Positions 52,717-64,000 of a stretch of DNA of 64,000 nucleotides are shown here, piece by piece. The number at the start of each line of letters is the position of its first letter. Position 1 is the stretch's first letter. The stretch is from assembly GCF_044704955.1 (NCBI RefSeq), contig NC_091999.1, forward strand, positions 23,684,001-23,748,000, read 5' to 3'. The notes under the pieces were generated by a model. The model ran no database searches, was not told where the DNA came from, and saw only the letters and a list, made by a program, of their open reading frames with translations. The translations under genes were made by a program, and so were the position numbers. Source of the DNA: Pristiophorus japonicus. Lineage: Eukaryota.

Positions 52717-53916
52717 AACGGATTGCATCCGAGCAGTAATCTAGCTGTGAACCGAAGTCGACAGAAACATTGCTCGACAGAGACAAACCGATAAACAGGG
52801 ATAGGCAGACAGCGAGAGAGAGACAACGAGAGACAGAAAGCGTGAGACTGAAAAGTCAGTCAGAGTCAGCGAGAAAAAGACTCAAACACCTAAATATAAC
52901 GAGAGATGCGTGTTTGTGATCTATAAAAAGAGAGAGGGAAAGAGTGAGAGAAAGATAGTGATAAAGACAGTGACAAGGTGAGAGACAGATAGAGAGAGAG
53001 CGACAGATAAAGAGAGAGACAAAGATATAAACAGAAAATGATGGAAATACTCAGCAGGTGAGAGACAGGAACTACCAGCGACAGGCAAAGAGAGACAGAC
53101 AGACAGAAACATAGACAGACAGAGATGATGGGAAAGAGTGAGACAGTCAGACAGAGAGATTGAGAGAATCCCATTCGAACAGAACTGGACACGGTGAGAA
53201 AGAGACAGACACATTGAGAACCAGAGACAAACAGGGAAACAGGGAGAGACAGACAGTGAGATAGAGACAAAGAGAGACATAAACATTGAGTCTGAAAGGG
53301 AGGACCAGACTGAATGAAAAAAGACTCAAACACATACATACACAGAGATGCATTTGCGTGCTCCTTAAAGACAGGGAGGCAAATAACGATGGAATGACAG
53401 AGAAAAGGACAGGGACAAAGAGAGAGACAAAGAGGGAGACAAATAGAGAGAAAGACAGATAGAGAGAGAGATTATCAGAGACAAAAACAGAAAATAATGG
53501 AAATACTTATCAGGTTAGAGTCAGGGACTAACAGAGACAGGCAAAGACATGGACAGACAGAGATAATGGGACAGAGAGAGACAGTCAGACAGAGAGTCTG
53601 AGAGAATCCCTTTGCAACAGAACGAGACACCGTGAGAAAGAGACAGATTGAGAGACAGAGACAAACAGAGAAACAGGGACAGACAGAGTGTGTCAGAGAG
53701 AGGCAGACTGAGAGAGACAAAGACTCAAACACACAAACACAAACACAGCTCTCTAAAGAGAGAGAGTGGCAGAGACCGAGCGACACAGATACATTTCACA
53801 ATTTCATTTCATTATAGACTCAGAGTGTCATATCGTTCCAGAAAATTGGAGATTCAGCATTTGAGAATCGTGTATCACTGAGCAGGATGGGAAAAATCTA
53901 CTTTTAATTAAGGAAT

Positions 53917-53999
53917 TACCAGGACTGGGGTTCAAACCCACGCGGGTATAAACCCATTAGATCTTAAGTCCAACGCATTTACCACTCGGCCATCCTGGT
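53917..53999 (-). pseudogene. tRNA-Leu(TAA), best-preserved copy 5, probably a pseudogene
   Basis: ACCAGGATGGCCGAGTGGTAAATGCGTTGGACTTAAGATCTAATGGGTTTATACCCGCGTGGGTTTGAACCCCAGTCCTGGTA: acceptor stem intact, but B box TTCGA>TTTGA plus D- and T-stem mismatches. Confidence 0.9.
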
Positions 54000-55757
54000 C
54001 CTGATCCTGTCAGAACTTGGACTCTGCCTGTGAGAATCTGAGCTTCAGCTCCACGCCCACAGCGACACACAGACACAAAGGATTTCAGGGAGCATTTACG
54101 AACATTTTTCGCTATATTGACACGGGCGCAACTCTCCTATTCTTTTTCGACTAAGGCTCTGGGAACTTTCACATCCACCCGAGGGTGCAGATGGAGCTTC
54201 AATTTAAAATTTCAGCCGATGGTCAACAGCTTCAACAATGCAACATTCCCCAAGTACTGCATTTGAGTGTCAGCCAAGATGATGTGTTCAAGTCTCAGAA
54301 GTGGGACTTACACACACAACCTCCTGATTCAGTCGAGAATGGAGCCACTGAACCAAAACCGATATCAGAGATCACAACCATATTATTTTCCGCAAGTTTT
54401 TTAAAAAGTTCCAGGACGTACCAAATTCATCGTGATGATTTCCACAAAGAGTTGCACGTACACAGAGACATACATACAGATAGGCATGTACACACAATAA
54501 CCAAAGATATACATGCATCAACATAGAAAAATAGAAATTAGGTGCAGGTATATGCCATTTGGCCCTTCTAGTCTGCACCATCATTCAATAAGATCATGGC
54601 TCATCGTTCAACCTCAGCACCCCATTCCTGCTTTCTCTCCATACCCCTTGATCCCTTTAGCCATAAGGGCCCTTCTGAAAATATCTAACGAACTGGCCTC
54701 AACGTCATTCTGCGGTAGAAAACTTCACAGGTTAACCACTCTCTGAATGAAGAAGTTTCTCCTCATCTCGGTCCTAAATTGCTTACACCTTATTCTTAGA
54801 CTGTGATCCTTGGTCTCGAACACCCCAGCAACGAGAACATTCTTCCAGCCTCGAAGCTGTCCAATCTCGTCAGAATTGTATATGTTTCTATGAGATCCCC
54901 TCTCATTCTTCTAAACTCCAGTGGATACCAGCCCAGTTGATCCAGTCTCTCGTCATATGTCAGTCCTGCCATTCTGGGAATCATGCTGGTGAACCTTCGC
55001 TGTGTTCCCTCAATAGCAAGAACGTCCTTCCTCAGATTTGGAGACCAAAACTGAACACAATATTTAAGGTGTAGCCTCACCAAGTTGTACAATTGTAGTA
55101 AAACCTCCCTGCTCCTATACTCAAATCCCCTCGCTCATAAGGCGAACATGCCATTTGCCTTCTTTACCGCCTTCTGCACCTGCATACCAACAATCAATGA
55201 CTGATGTACAATCACACCCAGATCAAGATATACATAGGTTGCCTTAGACAAATAGATGGATAGGCAGGCAGGGTCACTGTCGCTACTTTGGCTGGCTTTT
55301 GCGTTTTTCAGTCGAGGATGCTGCCACTGAACCAAAGCCGATACCAAAGTTCACAACCGTATTATTTTCCCCAAGTCTTTTTTAAGAGTTCCAGAACATA
55401 CCAAATTCATGGTGATGATTTTCACAGACAGTTGCACACACACAGGGACATAGATACAGATAGACAGACACAGCGACACACACACATCAATAACCAAAAA
55501 TATACATGCACCAACGGACATGCACAGATGCCTTATACATATAGAGGGATAGACAGGCTGAATCACTTTCGCTACTTAGGCTGATTGTTGCGTTTTTCTA
55601 TCTGTATGCATCGTGAATATTGCAGATATTGAGATATTGCAAAAAATGAGAAATAGATTTCAGTGTTGAAAGGTGTGGGACGTTTTTCCGCCGATCTCAG
55701 GATCAGTTTTGCAAAAACCTGGTTAAATTGTAAAATGGAATGAAAAATGCTGAGAAT

Positions 55758-55839
55758 CAGAGCCGGCAGGATTCGTTCCTGTGCGGGGTAAACCCAAAGT
55801 ATTTCGAGAACATCGCGTTAACCACTCGGCGACAACTAG
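55758..55839 (-). pseudogene. tRNA-Ser pseudogene, copy 4
   Basis: CGGCAGGATTCG...CATCGCGTTAACCACTCGGC; loop reads CGA, stems disrupted. Confidence 0.82.
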
Positions 55840-56058
55840 TGCGTCTCTGGCACTTTAAATGTTGCTCAGAAAAAACTCAGTCATCCATCTCTGTGCAGCA
55901 GACGGCCACAGAATCCTGAAAAAGTCTCCGTTTGCAAAAAATCTGGAAGAGTCAATCTCCTCTTGCTGTATCTTTACTGTTCTATATTGCTCTGAAACTT
56001 TTTAATATGAATCTATACCAAGAAACAGAAGTAAAATTCGACATTTTGGAAAAGCTGC

Positions 56059-56130
56059 TTGTTTATTGGGGAATTGAACCCGGTTCTCCCACGTAACAGG
56101 CAGGGATAGTCACCACTATGCGGATGAGAA
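56059..56130 (-). pseudogene. tRNA-Asp-derived pseudogene, copy 5
   Basis: GGGGAATTGAACCCGGTTCTCCCACGTAACAGGCAGGGATAGTCACCACTAT; acceptor stem broken. Confidence 0.82.
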
Positions 56131-56839
56131 TACGGGTTGTGGTGAAGCAGTTATCGAGCTGTGAAAATAAGTCGACAGACACATTGAGAGACAGAGACAA
56201 ACCGACAAACATGGAGAGACAGACAGCGAGATAGAGACAACGAGAGACAGAAAGTGTGAGACTGAGAAGGAGAGGCAGACTGAGTGAGAAAAAGACTCAA
56301 ACATATACATATACAGTGATGTGTGTGTGCGATCTATTAAGAGAGAGAGGGAAAGAGTGAGAGAAAGACAGTGATAAACACAGTGACAAGGAGAGAGACA
56401 GATAGAGAGAGAGCGATAGAGACTAAAACAGAAAATTAAGGAAATACTTCTCAGCTTACAGGCAGGGACTCACAGAGACAGGCAAAGACATGGACAGACC
56501 GAAATAATGGGAAAGAGAGAGCCAGTCAGACAAAGAGTCTGGGAGAATCCCATTGGAACAGATGTGGCACCGTGAGAAAGAGACAGATTGAGAGACAGAG
56601 ACAAACAGGGAACCAGGGACAGACAGAGTGAGTCAGACTGAGAGAGACAAAGACACAAACATACAAAACTCTCTGAAGAGAGAGAGAGAGGCAGAGACCG
56701 AACGACACAGATACATTTCACAATTTCATTTCATTATCGGTTCAGAGTGTCACATTGTTACAGAAAATTGCTGATTCAACCGATGAAAATCCGGACTCAT
56801 TGATCAGAATGGGAGCAAATCCGTGTTAAATTAAAGAGA

Positions 56840-56920
56840 TACCAGGAGTGCGGTACGAACCCACGCGGGGAAAACCATTGAATTTTAAGGCCAACGCCTC
56901 AACCACTCGGCTATCCTGGT
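56840..56920 (-). pseudogene. tRNA-Leu(TAA) pseudogene, copy 6
   Basis: TACCAGGAGTG...TTTTAAGGCCAACGCCTCAACCACTCGGCTATCCTGGT; T arm mutated. Confidence 0.87.
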
Positions 56921-57762
56921 CCTGTGAGAACCTGGATTCTGTCTCTGTGAGAATCTGGGCTTCAACCCCAACCCCACATACAAACACATACACATCGGCT
57001 TTCAGTGAGCATTTACGAACATTTTTAGTAATATTGACACGGGGGCAATATCCAGATATTTTTGTTTTTGTATCCCCTCAAAACAATACTATTTAGATGA
57101 TACTGCCTCTCCATGTTCCACCCAAAGTATACCGCTTCTCAATTATCCGCATTAAATTGCACTGCCATGTCCCGGCCCATTTCACTCGTCTCTCTGATTC
57201 CTCTTCAAGTCTGTTACTATCATGCTCACTATTGGCTACGTTGCCAGGTTTTGCTTCATCTTCGAACTTCGAGATGGAATCCCTATAACCAAGTCCAGGT
57301 CATTGTTATATAACAAGAACAACAATGGGAATTGAAATGGACCGTTTTAAGGAGAAACTTCCAATTAACCGGATTTTGGAATGGTATTTAATTCGGATTA
57401 TTTATTGAGTGGGAGGAAGGAGGAAACTCAAGAGACGTCCATTCAATAGGATGGAATAGAGCCCAGATCATAGTGCGCTGAGTAGGGAGAAACTGCTTCG
57501 CTGTTTGGCGATGGACTACTCCCCCAAAATCACCAGATTTTCCTGGAAGAAAGATAAAATCACCAGCCTTTCCTGGAAGAAAGATAAAGAGCCGGTTAAC
57601 CATCACCGAGTCAGAGGTGTGCAGTAGCACCATCTACTGCGAGGTTTGACGTGGTGTGTCGGTCTGGGCCATCACAATGCCAGGTTAGTGATGTGGGATA
57701 CAGGGCAAACTGTGATAAGATGAGAAGGTATGTTCAACTTGTACAGAAATTTGGTTAGACGA

Positions 57763-58135
57763 CACTTAGAGTGCTGTGTACAGTTCTGGTCTCCATATTA
57801 CACTTAGAATGATGTGTACAGTTCTGTTCTCCAGATCACACTTAGAGTACTGTGTATAGTTCTGGTCTCCCTATCGCACTTAAAATACTGTGCACCGTTC
57901 TGGTCTCCCATATCACAATTAAAATACTGTGTATAATTCTTGTCTCTCTATCATACTTAGAATATTATGCACAGTACTGGTTTCCATATCACATTTAGAA
58001 TACTGTCCACAGTTCAGGTCTCCATATCATACCAAGAATATTGTTTACAGTTCTGGTCTCCTAATCACTCTTGGAATACTGTGTAACGTTCTGGTCTGCA
58101 GATTACACTGAGAAGACTGTGCACAGTTCTGCTCT
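57763..58135 (+). repeat. Degenerate 38-bp minisatellite (~10 copies) derived from the CR1 RT '[11 protein letters not shown]' segment
   Basis: Unit CACTTAGAGTACTGTGTACAGTTCTGGTCTCCATATCA starting at 57763, 57801, 57839 etc. Confidence 0.88.
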
Positions 58136-58254
58136 CTGTAAATGCCAGGTTAGTGTTAGTCTGACAGCGAGGAACCTGTTAAAATATAAGGACACTTTGC
58201 ATTTCTTAATGATTGATTTTGCAAGCAATGTCAATAATTTGTCTTCTCTTGAAG

Positions 58255-58572
58255 ATCCTGAACGCGACATCATTCCTCCAACTGTTCTCCTCACGCTGAG
58301 TTCTACTGAACAAATCACCAGCAGCAGATATGCAAGCGCCGTGTGTTCAATCATCGATTTCCGGCCAAAATCACTGACCGTGAATTGGCTGGAGAGTGGA
58401 CAACTCCTGGATTCGGGCTCCGTCACCTCTCCCGTCTTTGAGGTGAACGGGAACTTCTCGGCGGCCAGTCGGCTGACAGTCCCCACCGAGGAATGGTTCA
58501 CCGGCTCGGTCTACACCTGCTAGGTCACTCATGAAGTGGTCACGCAAAGCCGTAACTTCACCAGATCTCAGG
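58255..58572 (+). pseudogene. IGHM: Immunoglobulin mu heavy-chain constant exon Cmu2 (one premature stop)
   Basis: Phase-1 exon between TTCTCTTGAAG| and |GTAAGA. Reads [71 protein letters not shown], a C1-set Ig domain closely resembling shark IgM CH2; TAG at 58521. Confidence 0.9.
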
Positions 58573-58689
58573 GTAAGAAGCACAATCCCGAGAGGTTACA
58601 GACCATTCTGAGCGCTGATCTCAGTCAGGACTTCTATTGAAATTAGTAAAAAGCACCGAACTATTCCTAATTTCCAATCATGCAGTTTG

Positions 58690-59130
58690 TATATTCTTGT
58701 GATTACAAACTTGCCTTGAAAAAGCGCCTTCAGCGACCTTAGTCTGAACCAAATCGCTTGCCAGCCAATGAATTAAGTTGTGAAATGTGGTCACAGTTGT
58801 AATGTACAACGTGCAGCAATCATTTAGTGCACAGCAATCTCCCACAAACAGCAGTGTGTTAATGACCAGATTATATTTTGCTTAGTGGTGTTTTTTGAGC
58901 TATAAATATTCCCAGGCCACGATGGAAAAGTCCTCGGCTTTTCATTGAAATAGTTCCAGGGAATCATTTACGTCCACCTAAGAGGCCAGACTGATCCGCG
59001 GTTTAACACGTGATCCGAAAGACGGCACTTCCGATAGTGCACCATGCCCACAGTACTGCACTGGGAAACTCATCTTACATTTTGTGATCAAGTATCTGGA
59101 GTGGGACTTCAACCCACGATCTTCTAGTTC
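58690..59130 (-). mobile_element. Deu-domain SINE, degraded
   Basis: TTTACGTCCACCT..GGTTTAAC..TCCGAAAGACGGCAC..CAGTACTGCACTGG, homologous to 20352-20785. Confidence 0.8.
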
Positions 59131-59334
59131 AGGATTCCTCATTGTTCAGGATTTAATAAACTCGCCAACGAAGCTTTCCCCCTGCTCTGATTTCAGGAAG
59201 TGAGTGACGTGCCCGTATTCTCAGGTTTATCCTGAGTTGGCTGATTATATACGGAGCGGCAGTCGGAGTCTGGAACTCTTTACTGCTAACTGTCCAGGAA
59301 CCCACTGTTGGAATGGGCATCTACCCCATTCAGA

Positions 59335-59825
59335 GCGCTGAGTCCAATTCTGGGCTCCGCACCTCAGGAAGGACATACTGGTCATGGAGGCGGTAAAGTG
59401 CAGGTTTATCCGAATGATACCGGAGCTAATAAAATAAAATGATGAGGAGACGAGTAGAGAATATTAAGACGTGATACAATTGAGGTGTTCAAGTAGATAA
59501 ATACAATTGATCAAGTAGATATAGAACAATTATTTCCTTTGATGGAAAAGTCCAGAACAAATAGCAGAATCTTAAAATTAGAGCGAGATCGTGCGGAAGT
59601 GATGTCAGGAAGGATTTCTTCACAGGAAGTCTGGATTTCCCTCCCCAAAAGCTGCTGAAGCTTGGTTTCAATTGAAAACTGCGATTGATAGATTTTTGTT
59701 AGGCAAGATTATCAAGTGTTACAGAACTAAGGCGTGAATATGGTGTTGAGTGTAGATCAGCCCTGATCTAACTGGATTGCGGGACAGGATGGATGGGCTG
59801 AATGGCCTCCTCCTGTTCCTATGTT
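59335..59825 (+). mobile_element. Old CR1 3' fragment
   Basis: CAATTCTGGGCTCCGCACCTCAGGAAGGACAT and the tail GGGCTGAATGGCCTCCTCCTGTTCCTATGTT. Confidence 0.8.
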
Positions 59826-60221
59826 GCTATTAATGCCCTGAGATCATATTTAACTCTGACTCTCTCTCACCAGACATGATAAATGTTCAGTAATGACAGA
59901 AATTAACAAACTACCTCACATCATTACAAATGATGCCCCACCACAAAAGACCCTTTGGAACTCCATTCTCCCGACCTTGAACTTCTCCTCTGACGGGGGC
60001 TGTGACTGGTTCCTGCACATTTTCACCGCAATAAAGATCACAGCAAGTGACCAGAAACATAACTTTGTTTCCTGCTGTCCCATAAATCCTGAAATTAATT
60101 TGACACTTGTTTTGAACCAGAGTAATGCTGGTGTAGACCTCTAGACCTTCGGGCTATTTGGGTTACACTATTATAACCAGCGGAGATGCGTTTGGATGCA
60201 AGGATCTACAGATGGGTGTAA

Positions 60222-62980
60222 ACATAGAAACATAGAAACATAGAAAATAGGTGCAGGAGTAGGCCATTCGGCCCTTCTAGCCTGCACCGCCATTCAATGA
60301 GTTCATGGCTGAACATTCAACCTCAGTACCCCATTTCTGCTTTCTCGCCATACCCCTTGATCCCCCTAGTAGTAAGGACCTCATCTAACTCCTTTTTGAA
60401 TATATTTAGTGAATTGGCCTCAACAACTTTCTGTGGTAGAGAATTCCATAGGTTCACCACTCTCTGGGTGAAGAGGTTCCTCCGCATCTCGGTCCTAAAT
60501 GGCTTACCCCTTATCCTTAGACTGTGACCTCTGGTTCTGAACTTCCCCAACATTGGGAACATTCTTCCTGCATCTAAACTGTCTAACCCCGTCAGAATTT
60601 TAAATGTTTCTATGAGGTCCCCTCTCATTCTTCTGAACTCCAGTGAATACAAGCCCAGTTGATCCAGTCTTTCTTGATAGGTCAGTCCCGCCATCCCGGG
60701 AATCAGTCTGGTGAACCTTCGCTGCACTTCCTCAATAGCAACAATGTCCTTCCTCAGGTTAGGAGACCAAAACTGTACACAATACTCCAGGTGTGGCCTC
60801 ACCAATGCCCTGTACAACTGTAGCAACACCTCCCTGCCCCTGTACTCAAATCCCCTTGCTATGAAGGCCAACATGCCATTTGCTTTCTTAACCGCCTGCT
60901 GCACCTGCATGCCAACCTTCAATGACTGATGTATCATGACACCCAGGTCTCTTTGCACCTCCCCTTTTCCTAATCTGTCACCATTCAGATAATAGTCGGT
61001 CTCTCTGTTTTTACCACCAAAGTGGAGAACCTCACACTTATCCACATTATACTTCATCTGCCATGCATTTGCCCACTCACCTAACCTATCCAAGTCGCTC
61101 TGCAGCCTCACAGCATCCTCCTCGCAGCTCACACTGGCACCCAACTTAGTGTCATCCGCAAATTTGGAGATACTACATTTAATCCCCTCACCTAAATCAT
61201 TAATGTACAGTGTAAACAGCTGGGGCCCCAGCACAGAACCTTGAGGTACCCCACTAGTCACTGCCTGCCATTCTGAAAAGTACCCATTTACTCCTACTTT
61301 TTGCTTCCTGTCTGACAACCAGTTCTCAATCCATGTCAGTACACTACCCCCAATCCCATGTGCTCTAACTTTGCACATCAATCTCTTGTGTGGGACCTTG
61401 TCGAACGCCTTCTGAAAGTCCAAATATACCACATCAACTGGTTCTCCCTTATCCACTCTACTGGAAACATCCTCAAAAAATTCCAAAAGATTTGTCAAGC
61501 ATGATTTCCCTTTCACAAATCCATGCTGACTTGGACCTATCATGTCACCTCTTTCCAAATGCACTGCTATGATATCCTTAATAATTGATTCCATCATTTT
61601 ACCCACTACCGATGTCAGGCTGACCGGTCTATAATTCCCTGTTTTCTCTCTCCCTCCTTTTTTAAAAAGTGGGGTTACATTGGCTACCCTCCACTCCATC
61701 GGAACTGATCCAGAGTCAATGGAATGTTGGAAAATGACTGTCAACGCATCCACTATTTCCAAGGCCACCTCCTTAAGTACTCTGGATGCTGTCCATCAGG
61801 TCCTGGGGATTTATCGGCCTTCAATCCCATCAATTTCCCCAACACAATTTCGCGGCTAATAAGGATTTCCCTCAGTTCCTCCTCCTTACTAGACCCCCCG
61901 ACCCCTTTTATAACCGGAAGGTTGTTCGTGTCCTCCTTCGTGAATACCGAACCAAAGTACTTGTTCAATTGGTCCGCCATTTCTTTGTTCCCCGTTATGA
62001 CTTCCCCTGATTCTGACTGCAGGGGACCTACGTTTGTCTTTACTAACCTTTTTCTCTTTACATATCTATAGAAACTTTTGCAATCCGTCTTAATGTTCCC
62101 TGCAAGCTTCTTCTCATACTCCATTTTCCCTGCCCTAATCAAACCCTTTGTCCTCCTCTGCTGAGGTCTAAATTTCTCCCAGTCCCCAGGTTCGCTGCTA
62201 TTTCTGGCCAATTTGTATGCCACTTCCTTGGCTTTAATACTATCCCTGATTTCCCTTGATAGCCACGGTTGAGCCACCTTCCCTTTTTTACTTTTATGCC
62301 AGACAGGAATGTACAATTGTTGTAGTTCATCCATGCGATCTCTAAATGTCTGCCATTGCCCATCCACAGTCAACCCCTGAAGTATCATTCGCCAATCCAT
62401 CCCAGCCAATTCACACCTCATACCTTCAAAGTTAGCCTTCTTTAACTTCTGGACCATGGTCTCTGAATTAACTGTTTCATTCTCCATCCCAATGCAGAAT
62501 TCCACCATATTATGGTCACTCTTCCCCAAGGGGCCTCGCACAACGAGATTGCTAATTAATCCTCTCTCATTACATAACACCCAGTCGAAGATGGCCTCCC
62601 CCCTAGTTGGTTCCTCGACTTATTGGTCTAAAAAACCATCTCATATGCACTCCAGAAAATCCTCCTCCACCGTATTGCTTCCAGTTTGGTTAGCCCAATC
62701 TATGTGCATATTAAAGTCACCCATTATAACTGCTGCACCTTTATTGCACGCACCCCTAATTTCCTGTTTGATGCCCTCCCCAACATCACTACTACTGTTT
62801 GGAGGTCTGTACACAACTCCCACTAACGTTTTTTGCCCTTTGGTGTTCTGCAGCTCTACCCATATAGATTCCACATCATCCAAGCTAATGTCCTTCCTAA
62901 CTATTGCCTTAATCTCCTCCTTAACCAGCAATGCTACCCCACTTCCTTTTCCTTTTATTCTATCCTTCCTGAATGTTGAA
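60222..62980 (-). mobile_element. Young 5'-truncated CR1 LINE with almost intact ORF2
   Basis: Uninterrupted 481-aa RT ORF 60323-61768 (KFADDTKLG), upstream ORFs 61753-62580 and 62641-62931, clean (ACATAGAA)n tail. Confidence 0.96.
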
Positions 62981-63291
62981 GCAGCAAGGGATTTCAGGAT
63001 GAGCGCTATTCAGTGCCTAACACAATAGCACCACAATGTATTCCCGTTTTACGCCGGTTATTTGCTTCACAGCCCATTACAGGTGGCTCTGGCTTCAAAT
63101 ACACAGGAAATGTTACAGATCTCCCGGAATCGTTGCCAATACATTGTCCTTCCAATAACGCCGGTGTTGAAGCAACAGCGTGAGGTTGATATCTCAAAAG
63201 TGATTTATCACCCTTGAACGAGTTAAGGCTAAAAATTAGTGTCCGGATTCTGAAGATGCAGCTTTTCCTGACTTTCATTCCTGTTTTGCAG

Positions 63292-63599
63292 TGGATGTCC
63301 CATGCAGCGATTGAAAAATCACTCTTCGCCCACAGTCACTGGCACAGGAATTACTGGAGCGACGGTGACCTTAAACTGCGTCGTGTCTGATGCTCCTTAT
63401 GGGCTCACCGTGTCCTGGACCTGAGAAAAGGAGGCTTTGAAATCAGAGATTGCCGTCTAACACGGAGAGGATCCCAGCAGCGTAATCAGCAACTTAAACA
63501 TCTCGACACAAGACTGGCTGAGTGGGGATAAGTTCTACTGGATGGTGAGCCATCAGGATATACCGACTCCTATCAGAGATTCCATCCACAAGGAAAAGG
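63292..63599 (+). pseudogene. IGHM: Immunoglobulin mu heavy-chain constant exon Cmu3 (3 stops, 1 frameshift, lost donor)
   Basis: After TTTTGCAG|: [99 protein letters not shown], resembling shark IgM CH3; second Cys>Trp; donor reads GATAGC. Confidence 0.88.
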
Positions 63600-64000
63600 G
63601 ATAGCGGGGAGATTGTTGCAATAAGTCAGATACTGTGACTATTTCTGCTGCATGTGCAAGGGCCAATTCATTATTTAAAGTGTTTAATGGGCTACTCTGA
63701 TCATTTAGTTTGGTAATTCCACGAACTCAGCACTCTGGGACCTGATGTTATGTATTTTAGGGGAAACTGGATAAGTCCATGAGCGAGAAAGGAATAGAAG
63801 GGTATGTTATTAGGATGAGATTAAGTGAGCTAGGAGGAGGCATGTGTGCAACATACACACCAGCATAAACCAGTTGGCCAAATCTCCTTGATCTGTGCAG
63901 TAAATTCAAGTCCAACCCTTCAAGATTTCAGAGAGAAAGATTATGTTCACTCTGCTGCGGGATGGTAAACCAGAGAGGCCCCAGAGGGGAAATAATAAAG

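Larger units (their letters stand above)
38530..57050 (-). repeat. Tandem macro-repeat, ~6 units, each carrying Leu(TAA), a SINE remnant, Ser(AGA), Asp(GTC) and a GA-rich spacer
   Basis: Leu copies start at 38752, 44903, 47182, 50524, 53917, 56840 (spacings 2.3-3.4 kb after the first, CR1-split unit); flanks are homologous between units. Confidence 0.93.

Noticed and set aside
45950-53881. Long Ser/Leu/Cys- or Arg/Glu/Asp-rich ORFs
   Set aside because: Translations of GA/GACA microsatellite spacers.
53917-53999. Functional tRNA-Leu(TAA) gene
   Set aside because: Invariant T-loop C is mutated and D/T stems are mismatched; kept as a pseudogene pending tRNAscan-SE.
49314-56130. Anticodon-switched tRNAs (Asp GTC>GTT, Ser AGA>CGA)
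   Set aside because: They occur in copies with broken stems, so neutral decay explains them better than recoding.
60323-61768. Domesticated reverse-transcriptase gene
   Set aside because: Ordinary 5'-truncated CR1 ORF2 with its native tail; intactness reflects youth.

Overview
Vertebrate genomic DNA, almost certainly from a cartilaginous fish (shark-type CR1 LINEs, Deu-domain SINEs, KRAB-less C2H2 zinc-finger genes, IgM constant exons of elasmobranch type). No intact host protein-coding gene is evident; most of the ORF track is LINE fragments or microsatellite noise. There are four zones. (1) 1-24 kb: three decayed C2H2-ZNF paralogues, two of them head-to-head around a CpG-island promoter (~15.1-15.7 kb), among CR1/RTE LINEs, SINEs, a solo LTR and three minisatellites. 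(2) 26.4-35.3 kb: at least two degraded LTR-retrovirus remnants, one with an LTR and a tRNA-Ser PBS, both with an atypical env that may be lokiretrovirus-like. (3) 38.5-57 kb: a tandem array of about 6 units (2.3-3.4 kb each where not split by CR1 insertions) of tRNA-Leu(TAA)/Ser(AGA)/Asp(GTC) genes on the minus strand, every copy decayed. (4) 58.2-63.6 kb: pseudogenised IgM Cmu2 and Cmu3 exons with no V/D/J/Cmu1 upstream and a young CR1 in the intron. All family calls are from motif recognition by eye, not database searches, and repeat boundaries are approximate.
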